From Octopus vulgaris (taxonomy: Eukaryota): DNA of 64,000 bases. Made by a program: the position numbers and the translations under genes. Below, piece by piece: positions 23,491 through 37,974 of the stretch. The DNA lies in NCBI GenBank assembly GCA_951406725.2, contig OX597822.1, forward strand, positions 5,394,001 through 5,458,000, read 5' to 3'. The notes under the pieces were generated by a model that ran no database searches, had not been told where the DNA came from, and saw nothing but the letters and a program-made list of their open reading frames with translations. Numbering within the stretch: the first letter of the stretch is position 1; the number at the start of each line of letters is the position of its first letter.

Positions 23491-25590
23491 AATTTAGCTT
23501 GAAGAAAGAAAGCAGAGGAATTCCTTGAGTGGGGGAAAACCTATTTCCATAAATCTTGACAGAATGATAGTGATGTGACACTGATACATCTTTGGAGATA
23601 ATTTTTAATTTGTAAGTGAAATTCCAAAATAAAATCTTTGAAACAATCTGATTTAAAACACCATAGCAAACTGAGTAACCAATGACTGATAAGAACAAAC
23701 ATAATTTCATGTTATAGAATTAAAACTACAGATGAACAGCCCTGACCAAAGTCACTTAGGCCTTTTTAAAATTATTTCTACAGATTTTTTTTTATGGAAA
23801 TTAGAGCTAGCACTGAAAGTTATGAAATTTCATATATGAATAGACTATGTAAACAATGTGATTGAAGATAGAGAAATAGGTAGTGGGTGTATATATGACA
23901 TATTTTAGGATTTCTTGCTTCTTCTTCTTCAGTATCACATCCTATCCAGCCTAAATAGCTGCAAAATATAGCAGTGTAGCATAATTGAGCTGAAACAGAG
24001 CTGCAAAATGAAATCATAATTTACCATCAAAATGTAATATCTTAGTGTTGTCTCTTTTCAAGTAACAAAATCATGTGGGGTTTTTTTTAAATTATATTTT
24101 AAAGGTTATTAGGTACATGCTTAGTTGTGTAGTTTAGACATTTTAGATTGGAGCAAACTGGTTCTGAATCCATTCCTTGTATAAATGCTGTCAGTGAGTT
24201 TCTTCTAATATAACTGCAGGGTGACCAGTACTTTGGAAACGAAATTTGGTAGATGGTATCTCCATGATGTGTGTTGTGTGCACATGAGTGTGTCTGCATG
24301 TATGTGTATGAGTTTCCTTGCATGTGTGCATGTGAAAGAGAGAGAGTGTTCCCCTTGTCTTAACACATGTGCACTGATTGGAAACAGGTATCACTGGCCT
24401 ACAAAACTGTTATTTGTTTACAATTCCCTATGAAATCTAGTTTGGACTGGGAGAAATATAACCTTGCCTTGGAAGCAGATGAGTGTGTGTGACAGGAAGA
24501 GCATGCAGCTATAGGAAAATCTGCTGAACAATGATAAGGAAGATGAAGATGATATATTAAAGTTCAGTTGATTTTCAAAGTATTAAAAGAGTAAAGATAA
24601 TGCCATCCCACTGTACTGACAGTCTTTCTGATAAGGATTAGTAGTATAGAAAAAAATATATATCTATACATTGCAACAAGTTAGAATGAAAACTAGGTTG
24701 CAGATATAGTTCACTGGAAGTTTGCTTTGACTGTACTCTAGCACAAAAAATGTGTGATGTTAAAAGCTGGCTCCATCACACAACAGTTCAATACTGAATA
24801 AAATGTGTAAAGAGTAAAAGAAAAAAAAATAATAATAAATAAAATGGCTATACTACTTTTGATATAGATTAGTTATAAAGTTAAAAAAATTTAATTTTCT
24901 TTTTGAAAATGGAAAAAGAAAACAAACAAGAAGTAAACAAAGGCAATTTCAACCTTTTTGTTCCAGTACATTCAACTAATTTCTGATGATACTCATATAA
25001 ACATGTAGAAAATTACCAATACAGCAATGAAAAGAATAAATTCTTTGATTCAAAATGAGTGAAGAAAGAGCAAAATTTAGAATAGAAAGAAAAGGAAGGA
25101 AAAACTGAAATGAGAGAAAGAAAGAGGAGGCCAAACAGTGGTGAAGAAAATCATAAAAAAACTAAAAAATTCCATCACTACCAAACTGGTAAAGTTTTAA
25201 AAACAAAAATGAAAAGAAAACAGAAAAAACTTGTAAATAAATTGAGAGGAAATTAAAATCAGTGAATAAATGAAGATAGATGAAGAGACAATAAAGAAGA
25301 ATAGCGAGAAAGGGAAAAAAAAACATTTTTTCTTCTAAAAAAAATGTCAAAGAGGCAAAAGAAAAGAGAAAATTGCAAAAGAAACAAGAGAAGTGTAATG
25401 AAAAGAGATAATGGGTTAGCAAAGTGAGAGATAAATAGGGTTTTATGGTAGAAATCAGAAGAAACAGCTAAGAGTGTGGAATTCAGAAAAAGAAACACAT
25501 TGATTTTGAGAAGATAAAGAAATCAGGGAAGTAAAATATAATACCAAAAAAGAAAAAAAAAAATACAAGGAAAACAAAACACAAAAGAAC

Positions 25591-25644
25591 AGTAGTAGTA
25601 GTAGTAGTAGTAGCAGCAGAAGCAGCAGTATTAGTAGTAGTAGC

Positions 25645-25680
<36 letters not shown>

Positions 25681-25743
25681 AGTAATAGTCGTAGTAGTAG
25701 TAGTAGTAGTAGCAGCAGAAGCAGCAGTATTAGTAGTAGTAGC

Positions 25744-25776
<33 letters not shown>

Positions 25777-25862
25777 AGTAGTAGTCGTAGTAGTAGTAGT
25801 AGTAGCAGCAGAAGCAGCAGTATTAGTAGTAGTAGCAGTATTATTATTATTATTATTATTAT

Positions 25863-25946
<84 letters not shown>

Positions 25947-25995
25947 CAGCAGCAGCAGCAGCAGCCACAGTAGCAATAGCAGTAGTAGCAATAAT
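25591..25995. repeat. Compound trinucleotide repeat with a 3x higher-order unit
   Basis: (AGT)n-AGCAGCAGAAGCAGC-AGTATT-(AGT)3-AGC-AGT-(ATT)n repeated three times, then (AGT)/(AGC) blocks. Confidence 0.9.
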
Positions 25996-26222
25996 TTATA
26001 ATGCATGATGTGTTAATAGTAGTTGTAATGGTAAAGTAAGAGTGACACAGAAGGAGTTGGTAGGTTGGTCTGTGAAGTTTGTGGTCATAAAAGAGGAAAG
26101 ATAAAACCCCACAGAAATAGCATAAAGAAAGAGGGTGAAACATGTTGCATGAAAGAGTGGTGAGAGAGAAAATAGAGGGGAAAGGTCAAAGTGAATGCAA
26201 GAGAGATAATACCACTGAGACA

Positions 26223-26259
<37 letters not shown>

Positions 26260-26907
26260 TTTAGTAGAGAAAGTAAGTGATTGAGAGTGGCCAACTGTGA
26301 AAGAATAGTATAAGAGAAAGGGAGGGCGACAGTGAGAGGAAAGTGTGTGAGAGGGTGAAGAAAGTGTGGTAGTGAGGGAGAGAGATAGTTACCGTAAGAG
26401 AGATAGATTAAGATGTAAGCAATACAGAGATATAGTGAGAGACTAAACAAGAGCAAAAAGGAAAGATAGTGAAAGAGAGATTGTAATACAGAGAGAGAGA
26501 GCAAGAGTGAGAGTTAAGAATAAAGGAGAGAGAGTGATAGGTAAGTGTAAAAGAAAGAAAGAAAGATATTGATTGTAAGAAAGCATGAGGAAGCAAGTGT
26601 AAGACAAGGGAGAAGTAATTGAGTGAGAGATAGAAAAAGAGAGTGAGCACCTAACAGGGAGAGAGAAAATGAAAGTAGGAAAGAGAGAGAGTGAGAGAGT
26701 CAGAGTTAAGCAAAAGAGTGACTGAATGTAAGAGATACAGATAAAAATAAACAAAGAGATTGAATGAGAAAATGAAAAAGGAAAAATGAGTGTTTCAAAG
26801 AGAGGGGCAAAATAAGAATGTTAGAGGGGCTGATTAAAAAGAGATAGTGAAAGAAAAGTATAATTTACAGGGAGAAGATTAAAGCAGTAAGTAAAAAAGC
26901 AAACCAG

Positions 26908-26909
<2 letters not shown>

Positions 26910-26984
<75 letters not shown>
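26910..26984. repeat. (GT)n microsatellite
   Basis: Direct read. Confidence 0.95.
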
Positions 26985-26985
<1 letters not shown>

Positions 26986-27229
26986 ACAAGTGATTCAAAT
27001 TGACAGAATGAAAGTATGAGAGAGTGCAAGAGAGGGTTGGTGAAAATGGAGCTCAGAACAAGAGAAAGTAGAGAGGTGGTAGATGGGAATGAGTGAAGGA
27101 GGAGGATGAACATAAGTGAGAGACGACGGAGAGGATGTAAATGTAAGATGGAAGTTAAGCATAGAGTTGAGAGAAAAAAATGGCTATTTAAAGGGTTGAA
27201 AGTGTTTCCAAATAATACTTCAATGGAAT

Positions 27230-27590
27230 CTGAGGCCTTTGGAGTAATGTTACTCGATAGAGTGAGTAGGTCAGAGATCAGAGAAGCGCTCCAGTTAGGG
27301 CCACAACTTCTCCAAATTGAGAGATCTTAGCTCCAATACTACAGACATAGGGTAAATGTCTTGGAAAAGAATCACAGAATGGATTTTATGGGCAAAAATC
27401 CAAATGGCAGGAGATCCAGTAGCAGACCAGAAGCAAGATGGATAGATAACTTCCATGAGCTCAGTTGGCTTTGCTTGGGGATTTTCCTGGGTCAACTGGA
27501 GACAGCTGCTTCTGACAGGACCCAATGGAAGGCATGCATGAGAACTCTGGCCCCTAGGATCCTCTCAGGAATAAATGAGTAAAGCAGACG
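27230..27590 (+). mobile_element. RTE-clade LINE 3' fragment (Rex3/Expander-like C-terminus)
   Basis: GVMLLDRVSRSEIREALQLGPQLLQIERS*L..H then PNGRRSSSRPEARWIDN..LSW..LGI..AASDRTQW..LAPR. Confidence 0.8.
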
Positions 27591-27809
27591 GGATGAGATG
27601 TTTATTTCCCAAATAGCTACAGGCACAGACATTACTGTGTGGTTAAGACTTCATATGAACTACATTGTTCCAAGTTCAATCCCACCATTTGGAGCGAGTG
27701 ATTTCTCTCAGACATTCAGGTCAAGCAATGTTGAGAGAGTAAAATTTGTAAAAACAACAAAAGCCCTTCTTATATGAGCGCATAACTTCTATATATCAAT
27801 TTTCAACAG

Positions 27810-28220
27810 ATGTGCTTGCGTTAAGAAGTTTGCTTCCCAGCCACATGGTCCTGGGTTCAGTCACAGCATAACACCTTGAGCAAGTGATTCTACTATAAGC
27901 CTCAAGCTGACCAAAGCCTTATGAGTGAATTTGGTAGACAGAAACTGAGAGAAACCCATTGTATGTATGTATGTATGTGTGTGTGTGTGTGTGTATGTGG
28001 GAGGGTGTCTTTGTGTCTGTGTTTGTCCCTCATCACTGCTTGGCAACAAGTGAAGGTGTGTTTACATCCCCATAAGTTAGCAGTTAGGCAAAAGAGACTG
28101 ATAAAATAAGTAGCAGGCTTCAGAAAAGAAAAAGTACTAGGGTCAATTCATTCAACAGAAATTCTTCCCTGTGGTACCCCAGCATGGCTGTAGTTTAAAG
28201 AACTAAAACACATAGAAGAT
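27810..28220 (+). mobile_element. SINE family A
   Basis: Colinear with family A; an older head remnant precedes it at about 27620-27770. Confidence 0.8.
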
Positions 28221-28758
28221 GAAACACGTATCCTGCCTTTTGCGTGTATTTGGATGATAAGCAATAAGCATAATTTTCTTGAAATGTTGTGCACTTTGTT
28301 GTTTACATATATTGATTTTTGCATCAAGATATCTTGAGTTTGTGTCTTCAAAAGTTTTCCAATTACTAGTATATAACATCTAGAATTTTTTTCCAGTGGT
28401 GCATTCAAGTCATATGTGATGACAAATGATTTTTTTTTTTTTTATATTAATAATAATCTTATCTATAAATAATTGCCATGAGATACAATTAACCTTTTTC
28501 ATATTAACATACCTGAGACCATTCCTGGTTTTGTGATATAAAACAGGTCATTTTGAAGTCTATGTAGATAATTTTCTCAAGGAGCTTTAAGTACCAGCTT
28601 AATAATAATAATGAGCTTATTATATACAGTACGAAAGCACATTACCTATCATCAGCAAAGGGTAAGGAAGCAGCAAGGGTCAAAGAAATAAAGACAGCTT
28701 TGAAAGCATAGAGAGCACCCACAGTATATACAATAAAACATAGAAAAGAGAACATTAA

Positions 28759-28985
28759 CCCTTTTGATACCAACCCACCTGAAACTGCCTCTGGCTCTGA
28801 AGTACAAATGTCTTTGTTTTCTGAAGTTCTAAATTAAAATCTTTCACCAAACCTTAGTCACATTTTATGTTCCTAACACTAGCTTAATGATAACTAAGTT
28901 ATTTTACTAAATTCTTTCTTACATTTAAAATTAATTGGAAAAAAAAAACACAGAGCACCTCAACAGAAATATGGTAACAAAAGGG
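28759..28985. mobile_element. TTAA-type (piggyBac-like) MITE family P1, best-preserved copy
   Basis: TTAA at 28755-28758 and 28986-28989; TIRs cccttttgatacca / tggtaacaaaaggg (13/14 match). Related copies at 19617, about 28490, 50620, 63248 (inverted) and 13500. Confidence 0.85.
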
Positions 28986-29934
28986 TTAAAAGAACAATAA
29001 AGAGGAAAGGGTGCATAGGCATTTAAGGAATAGTGCTAGTGAATTTCAAAATGCATGGAATTTTTAAAGGATGCATTGTCTTGTCAGCTAACAACTAGCC
29101 GGAGTAGTTTCTTTTATTTCATACTGTGATAGATCTGAGCAGAAAAAAAAAACAGTTTCCAAAAGTTATGGTTGCTGTGTTGGGCTGTTTTTAGATTTTA
29201 TAAATAATCTAGCTATCTTACTGAATCCTTCATGGACAGTGAACTTCATAAACATGGCTGCAAGAGGATTAAGGCAGTAAAACTTGACCAATACTCAAAT
29301 TTATGTTTGATTAATAAACATGATAAAATCTTTAGCTACTGTTTATTCTTGACATCACTCTGGACACAAGCAAATTGCACCAGAATTTTAATGCATGAAA
29401 CATTACCTTAGGAGTTATTCCACCTGAAGGCAACACTGATGATATGTGTATGAGATGGTCATTCGCATTGAACTGTATAGTAAATGAATGTGTATGACAT
29501 ATCTCCTGAAACTTTAAAGGCTCAAGTCTTTATATACTTTTAATCAGATTAGATTCATTGTCTGTTGCATGTACTTGGATGTTAAGTATTATGCTACAAC
29601 ACCATTTTCTTTAAAAGGGTGTGAACACCGAATAGATTTTGTATTGAGATGTTGTGAGTTATTTCTGTCATAAAAAGTATCCCAATTGTTGTGTGTATGT
29701 GTGTGTGTGTGTGTGTGTGTTGTTTGTGTGTCTGTATGTGTGTGTGCACATCTGTGAGTGAGCGTGTGCATGCATTGTATCATATTATATCACAGTGATG
29801 GTTTACTCAAGTTTCATCTAACAGCTGATTACAACTATCAGTTCCGTTAACAAAACTCAAGTAAACAGTCACTTTTTGATATAGTAAACATATCCAACTG
29901 CTATACTCTGCATTGAATGTGTGTCTATACATAC

Positions 29935-29975
<41 letters not shown>

Positions 29976-29977
29976 CA

Positions 29978-30309
29978 GAGGAGGAGACCGCCTTCAGTCA
30001 TGAATGACCATGGGATTGCACCTAGAAACTTACCCTCCGAGGTACAAGTTCAGTCAAGGTTGTTCATGGAAGGCCAGCAGTCGCCCATTCATACCGGCCT
30101 CCCCTTTCCACACCACTGATGTTATCCAAATCAAAGGCCAATACAACTTGGCACCAGTGATATCGCAACCCATTTCTACAGTTGAGTTAACTGGAGCAAG
30201 ATGAAAATAAAGTGTCTTGCTCAAGAACATAACATGCAGCCCAGTCCGGGAATTGAGTTCACAACCTCATGATCGTTAGCTCAACACTCTAACCACTGAG
30301 CCATGTGCC

Positions 30310-30313
<4 letters not shown>
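29978..30313 (-). mobile_element. tRNA-derived CORE-type SINE, family C
   Basis: Minus strand: A box tggctcagtgg, B-box-like actcaattcc, then ttcttgagcaagacacttt..ctccagtt..ctgtagaaatggg resembling the CORE domain. Flanked by (AT)/(CA) repeats. Confidence 0.8.
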
Positions 30314-30349
<36 letters not shown>

Positions 30350-31218
30350 AAGTACAAACTGAGGAAAAGAAATGCTTCAAAAGGATGTGTTAAACATCCA
30401 ATTCACTGGTACTTCAGTTGGATACCATATAAACACTGGAATAATTTAATAGTGTAGATAAATTAAATATAGAGATATTCTATTGACATTCAATAATTTA
30501 TTTAGATTACAATATTACATTAAATACTATGAATATAATATATAACATAACATAATATTATATAAATAATTATAAAAATTATAAAAGGCCAAGAAATTGT
30601 TTCAACTAATATATATTTTTTCTGATATACATAATCACAGGTCCATTATATATAAGTCACTTCAGGGTCCATTGGTTCAGAAAGACAAAATTCCGTCTGG
30701 AAGGACAGCTGGATTGTAAAAATTAGTTCAAATGTCTAACTATTCAATCTTACATCAATTACAATTAAAAATCAACGAAAGCATTTTAACAGATGATATA
30801 CCTTCAAAATTCACTGCATTATATCTCAAACACATACCAATTAAAACCCTTTGATATCCAAGATAGTTTCTTGTCATCACAACATACAATAATAACATAT
30901 GTGTGTATATAAATGTATATAATTAAACATCTATGCCTTCTACGTGTAATTACAACAAAAAATATATAAACAATTACATCTTCAATACAACTACTCTTTT
31001 ATCTACTTAGAATCGGCTGGATTAAAAAAATTTATTGTTTAAATTAACTAATAATAATCTTCTGTATTTATTATTTTTTCGGAGGGATAATTCCATAGTA
31101 GATATGAATAGAAACCTAATGAAAATTTCTCTCTTTATTTACTTGGGAGAATTTTGTAATTATTGCTGAAATGGAGTGTAAATGCTATAACCAAAATACC
31201 CCTTCAATACATATATAT

Positions 31219-33347
31219 CATCATCATCGTTTAACATCCGTTTTCCATGCTGGCATGGGTTGGACGGTTCGACTGGGGTCTGGGAAGCCAGGAGGCTGCA
31301 TCAGGCCCAAATCTGATCTGGCAGTGATTCTACAGCTGGATGTCCTTCCTAACACCAACAACTATGTGAGTGAGTGTAGTGGCTGCTTTTTATGTGCCAC
31401 CGACCGGCACAGGGGCAAGGCAGTTGACCATGATCAGATGGTGCTTTTTATGTGCCATCAGCACAGAAGCCAGTCAAAGTAGCACTGGCATCGGTCATGT
31501 CCAGAGAGTGTTTTTTACATGCTACCAGCACAGGGGTCACAACTACAATTTCCATCTGATTTGATTTTTATATTGCTGATGTTGACGTACTTGACTCAAT
31601 AGGACTCCTCAAGCACAGCATGTTGCCCTACAATCCAAGGTACTTTTGAGTAGGCTGGTTATGCAACACTGGTCTAGGTTACAGCTGTGGACTCACTTTA
31701 TTTGCTGGGTCTTCTCAGTCACAGCATACCTCCAGAGGTCTCACTCTTTTGTCATTGCCTCTGTGAGGCCCAACGTTCGAAGGTCATGCTTCACCACTTC
31801 ATCCCATGTATTTCTGGGTCTCCCTCAACCCCAAATTCCTTCCACTGTTTGGGAGTAGCACTTCTTCACACAGCTCTCCTCGTCCATCCACAGTACATGA
31901 CCATACCAACACAAACGTCTCTCTTGCATGCCACAACCGATGCTTCTTATGTCTAACATTTCTCCACAGTCATGGACCATGTTTCACTGCCGTGAAACAT
32001 GGTAGTTTGCACACATGCATCATAAATCTACCTTTCACTCTGAGTGAGTGGCCCTTTGTCGCCAGTAGGGGTAGAAGCTTTCTGACCTTTGCCCAGGCTA
32101 TTCTTATTCTAGTGATAACACTCTCTGAGCATCCACCCCAACTACAGACTTGGTTAGCTAGGTAGCAGAAGCTATCAAATACTAGTTTTGTCCCCTGGCA
32201 TGTGATGGAATCTGTTTTCTGAGCATTTGTGGTGTTTATTGCCCTTGTGCATCTGCTGCACATGAAAGCTATCTTCCTGGTTAATCTCTCTTATGTGTCC
32301 ATAGCTTACACTGGGTACATCTTATGGAGTTTCTACCTACACCTTTTTTACAGATCAAGCAGGGCCACCTACCTGAAGGGGTGTGTAATGTGTTCCTTTT
32401 ACTAGAACTTTGGTCTTTGCAACATTGACTCTAAGGCCCTTTGATTCTAAACCTTGCTTCCACACTTGAAGTTTCTTCTCTAGTTCTGGTAGTGATTCTG
32501 CTATGAGGGCCAGGTCATCAGCATAGAGGAGCTCCCAGGGGCAACCTGTCTTAAATTCCTCTGTTATTGCCTGGAGGACTATGATGAATAAGAGGGGGCT
32601 GAGGGCTGATCCTTGGTGGACCCCTACTTCTACCAAGAATTCTTCACTATACTCATTTCCAATCCTAAACCTATTAACAACATCTCTGTATAGAGCCTGT
32701 ACAGCCCTTATTAACCATTCGGCAATCCCCAGTTTCCGCATTGCTCACTAGATAAGAGATCGAGGGTCCCTGTCAAAGGGTTTCTCTAAGTCTACAAAAG
32801 CCAAATACAGGGGTTTATTTTTGGCTAGGTATTTCTGCTGCAGTTGCTGTACCAGGAATATAGCACAAAACCGAACTGCATCTCATCTAAGCAGACTCTG
32901 TCCCTAATTAGTTGGGCTAAAACCCTCTCTGTGACCTTCATCACCCGGTCCAGCAGTTTGATAACCCTATAGTTATTTCTATCTAATGCCTCACCTTTAT
33001 TTTTGTAACAGTTGACTAAGGTGCTGCTGTGCCAGTCATTGGGTATGACTCCATCATGAACCACCTAGTTTACAATACGGGTGACTAGGCCATGGCCCTC
33101 ACCACCAGATGTTTAAAGGATCTCAGTGGCGATTCCTGATGGGCCAAGGGCTTTTCCTAGCTTCATACCCTTAATTGCTTTATGTATCAGGGTGCTGTCT
33201 ATTCGGATAGCTGGTGCCTCTACTGGATCAACATTTGGCAGGCTCTCCTCCTCCCATTCATTCTCCACAATCACCAATCTTTCATAATGGTTTCTTCAAG
33301 CCTCTTCCTTTTCTGGATCATTAAAAGCAAGTGCACCATCATCCATG
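31219..33347 (-). mobile_element. 5'-truncated, decayed RTE-clade LINE with reverse transcriptase domain
   Basis: Fragments IPNDWHSSTLVNCYKNKGEALDRNNYRVIKLL, EMQFGF, VGVHQGSALSPLLFIIVL, ELLYADDLAL, GLRVNVAKTK and RIRIAWAKVRKLLPLL; 3' tail ccaacccatgccagcatggaaaacggatgttaaac(gat)n. Stops, frameshifts and deletions. Confidence 0.95.
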
Positions 33348-33467
33348 GGGACACATACATACATACATATATATATATGCATATACACATACGTCTATGT
33401 ACATACATACATCTACACATACGTCTATGTACATACATACATCTATACGTATATATATACATATGTG

Positions 33468-34220
33468 GGCACAGGGCATCATGAAACGTGTACAATAAAA
33501 AAGTACAAAGCACGAGTACATGGAACATGAAATAATCATTTGAACAACGAAAGACACAAATGGAAAACAAAAGCAAACAACATAAAGAATGACCCTTCAT
33601 CAGTTGTTGGCTGTTTTTCTAGTCTCATATTTTGAGTGTTTAACTTGATAAAGCAGTTGCTTCCGTAAAGCAAATTGAATAAAATTTGGGATTTTGCAGA
33701 GGGTCAAAATAGGTAACACAAACAGGACAGGGAAGAGAAACAGGAAGAACTGCTAAGCCTAAACGAGACTATGGTGGCCAACGCGTAAATCAAGCTAGGG
33801 CAGGAGACAAACAAGAACATGTCTTCCTCATTCCAGCTAGAACAGAGAGAAAGAAAGATGGTTGATGGTCATGTGGGAGCCACGTAAGCAAGGGAGGAGG
33901 AGTGAAGGAGAGAGAGTGACAGAATAATAGGACAGAATAGTGGGATAAGATGAGGTAAAAAAATATGAGAGAGAAAAAAAGAGAAAAGATCGAATAGAGT
34001 GTGCATCAGAATTATTAAGATAAAACTTACTTGGAAGAGGATGTATCGTGTTCAATCATACAATAATATATATTATGTGTGTGTGTGTGTATGTGCATGT
34101 ATGTGTATACATATGTTGGCACAGGAAGTCATGAAACATGTATAACAAAATACGAAGCATGAGTACATGGAGCATGAACTCTTCTTTCGAACAACAAAAG
34201 ACACAAATGGAAAACAAAGC
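33468..34220. repeat. Unclassified element with an imperfect direct repeat of about 105 bp
   Basis: ggcacagggcatcatgaaacgtgtac..gagtacatggaacatgaa..gaacaacgaaagacacaaatggaaaacaa at 33468-33575 recurs at 34118-34220, each next to an AT/GT microsatellite. Confidence 0.7.
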
Positions 34221-34689
34221 TATATATATATACATACCTATATAAATATATATATATACCTATATGAATATACATACCTGTATATATATATATATATATA
34301 TCTTTTATCGTTTACTGGTTTCAGCCCAGTACTGAGGTTATACTGGTGAACCACTTATATATGTATATATAAGTATAAATCTATATATATAAATATATAG
34401 ATGTAAATATATATAGTGTACTGTTCACTTTTGCCAAAAGGATCGGCAAGAAGGCACTCAATTGAATGAGAATGAAGAATAGATGAATGAATGAAGGATC
34501 TCAAAAATGTGATTGTTCAGGCAGGTGTGTATAGCTTACCTTGCATGATCCAGTAATGATTCAGGCTCATAAAATCCAGTTTTATGACGAAGAAACTTAG
34601 AATAATTCACATATAATTCATTAATTGATGTATGTATAACATATGTAGGTACAAACATACAGATACACATTTTTCAATTCTCTTGCAAG

Positions 34690-35156
<467 letters not shown>

Positions 35157-35610
35157 TTTTGCAGATGTATATCAGTGAAAGTGATAAACCAGTGTTTTAG
35201 AACAAAGCTAACGTGTGTTCTTTGTTCCATCTATGCTACTTACACTTGCGATTCTAAAATACAGTAAATCAGTGACTGACCCTTTGAAAAACAACAACAA
35301 ATAATGCTTGTTGTTTTCAAAATGTTATACAAAATATAAACTTTCCCTCAGACTGCATTTGTAGTCAGTTTCCAAACTGTTAAGCAAATGAAAGACAAAT
35401 CTACTAGTGATTAGGATACCAGGAAATTTTTTCCTATAGAGATAAATGAACTCTGTACAGTTAGCTGACAAATCATTGAATAATTTTATAAAAACTGAGG
35501 CATCTTAAAAAGATAAATTACAACATCCTGAGATGCATATCTGCAACTAGGCAGAATGAAATGTTAGATGTTGAAGTTACTTGACCAAAATGTATTGTAG
35601 TGTTTTCTCA

Positions 35611-36135
35611 CATCATCATCATCATCATCATCATCTTTTAAAGTCCATCTTCTATGCTGGCATGAGTTGGAAAAGTTGACAAGATCCAACAGGCCTGAGG
35701 ACTGTGTTGTGAACTAATTTCTGCTTTGGCATGGTTTTAACAGTCGGACACCTTTTCTACCTCTAAACACTTTGCAGAACATGCTAAGTGCTCTTTTCAT
35801 AACACAAACCCTAGTGGGGTGGCTGTGCAGTTCACAAGACTAAGAATTCCTTTGACTGAGTGGAGCTACTGTAGAAAGGAAGTGTGGATTTACGCTGGAT
35901 GAGAAGTTAAAGTTTGAAAGAAAGTACCAGAACAGAACAGGGTTCTTGCTGTGGGGGAGTTACATGACAACTATTATTATAGAACCAGAATGGAGATAGA
36001 AAGAACAGGACAATAGTCATGATGAAAGCTAGAATGGTCATGCGATGCAAAAATACAGAAAAAAGGTCACCTTTAATTCTCCAACATCCACAAGCCATTT
36101 TACTTCAAAAAGTAAGGGTCATGACAGTCATAGAA
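35611..36135 (-). mobile_element. Old LINE 3'-end fragment with RTE-type tail
   Basis: (cat)n ttttaaagtccatcttctatgctggcatgagttgga matches the tail at 31219; body similar to 63475-63975. Confidence 0.6.
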
Positions 36136-36448
36136 GGGTGCTGAATCTAAAAGACTGATATGAAAGATGTCGAGTGTGATTGTATAAATGTTAGGCTGTA
36201 TTAGATATTAAACACAAGTGATTGAAAGAGTGACTGGGGAACATTACAATTATGAAAATGCAATGCATTTGGACAATAAGTGCTCAATGGGAATGTGCCA
36301 TGTATCATTTGAAAAAGAAGACTTACTGAAGAAATTCAAAGGCGACAAGGACAGAGTTAGGGTGGTCAGTCAAATATCAGGATACTAGATGTAGTATAAC
36401 AGATTACAAAACATCAAGATTGACAATGTACAATACAGCAACATAGAC

Positions 36449-36680
36449 CAGTGGTTCTCAACCATTTTTAGCCTATGAACCTCTTTGATTCCTATTTTCC
36501 TTGGGTGGACCCTCATAATTGTTTGAGGTTTTAAAAATCCTATCATATTTAAACATTATTAGGAATTGTATAAAAAAAAAAAATTGATGAAATATTTTGT
36601 GCATTGTAAAAGTGTAACCAATTTATTAAGTATAATTTTTTACATCAAAATTTTACATGGACCCTGGTTGAGAAACACTG
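36449..36680. mobile_element. hAT (Charlie-like) MITE
   Basis: TIRs cagtggttctcaacc / ggttgagaaacactg; 8-bp TSD acatagac / acttagac (7/8), fitting the NTCTAGAN-type preference. Confidence 0.88.
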
Positions 36681-37974
36681 ACTTAGACAAACAATACTAG
36701 TACAGAAAAAACCCCTGTTAAAACACTGCTGCTAATGATAGAGATAACGTTGTTATTTAATATTTTAGATGTTGCTAGTTTAGTTTTAGGAATGGAAACA
36801 ACTACATCTGAAGTTTTACAACACTAGTTTTTATTTTCATAACATGTAACATAACCTTTTATGTTACATGCTTTATTTTTTTTAATGTGTCCTATTTTTT
36901 ATGTTGCAATTTTTTTTAATGCATTATTCACCAAATATATTTTGCTTTAAAAAAAAATGCATGTTGCAGATTCTATTTATAATCAGTCTATTTATAATCA
37001 AACAGATGGAATTCTTAGATTCCTACTGCATTGCAGGATAGTCTGCAATGGAACTAGACTTAATAAACATTCCATCAAAGGATTTTTTATGTAATTTTAC
37101 TGTCTATTGAGTCATAAATGCAGAGGCATCTATAAGGAAAAAGAACTGTTATGTTCAGAATATGTCTCAATCAGTGGTTGGTTCAGTGAAACTTTATTTA
37201 GAATTTACAGCCATTCTATTACCACAGTGTGGCAATGAGAAAGAGAGAGAGAGAGTGCATGTGCAAAAGACAGTAATTTATTCTTACTGTATTAAGTGCT
37301 TTTTTCTAGAACTTCTCACAGTAATTTAGAACAGGTTTACTTGGATTTTCCAAGATCAAAATCCTTTCACAGATACAGAGAAATCAAGAGTTGCCTTCAT
37401 CAATAAAAGCAGCAATACCACCCTCACTAAATAAGAAATGTTACAAAAACTGTAAGGGTATTAATAGTGTACAAAAAGGAGAAAATTTTGTAGTCTCTCG
37501 AGAATTGTTTTTTTTTAATTTTTTCCTGCTTTTTTATTAATCTACCTACAGTTTTACAAGGGACACAGCAAATTTTTGTCGGAGGGAGAGATTGTTAATT
37601 AAATCCCCAGTATATTATTCTTATTTATTTTACTGACCTTTGAAGAATAAATGATGAAGTAATATCTGGCAACATTTGAACTTAAAACAGCAAGATAGTG
37701 AATGAATCACAGTAAAGCATCTAGTCTCAGCTGTGTACACTTTTCACAAGGGAATATTGTATGATTATCTAAAGACATTTACTTATTTTACCACTACAAA
37801 TAATGGAAGTTAAAGCTGACCTTGGCATGGTTTCAACTCGGAATAGATACAATTAATTAATCACACAAATGTACACAACCGTAAGCATGTAATTCATCAC
37901 TTTACCACAATGACTGTCTCCATTAATTTCTCATACAAAGATTAAATAATGTGTAATATACAACAATGTATTAC

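Noticed and set aside
25162-27113. Cluster of Leu/Phe/Ser-rich minus-strand ORFs resembling membrane proteins
   Set aside because: Arise from a decayed GA-rich purine-skewed tract and trinucleotide repeats; they overlap in several frames.
36843-36870. 12-bp perfect hairpin catgtaacataa/ttatgttacatg
   Set aside because: Too short and AT-rich for a pre-miRNA; likely a local template-switch event.
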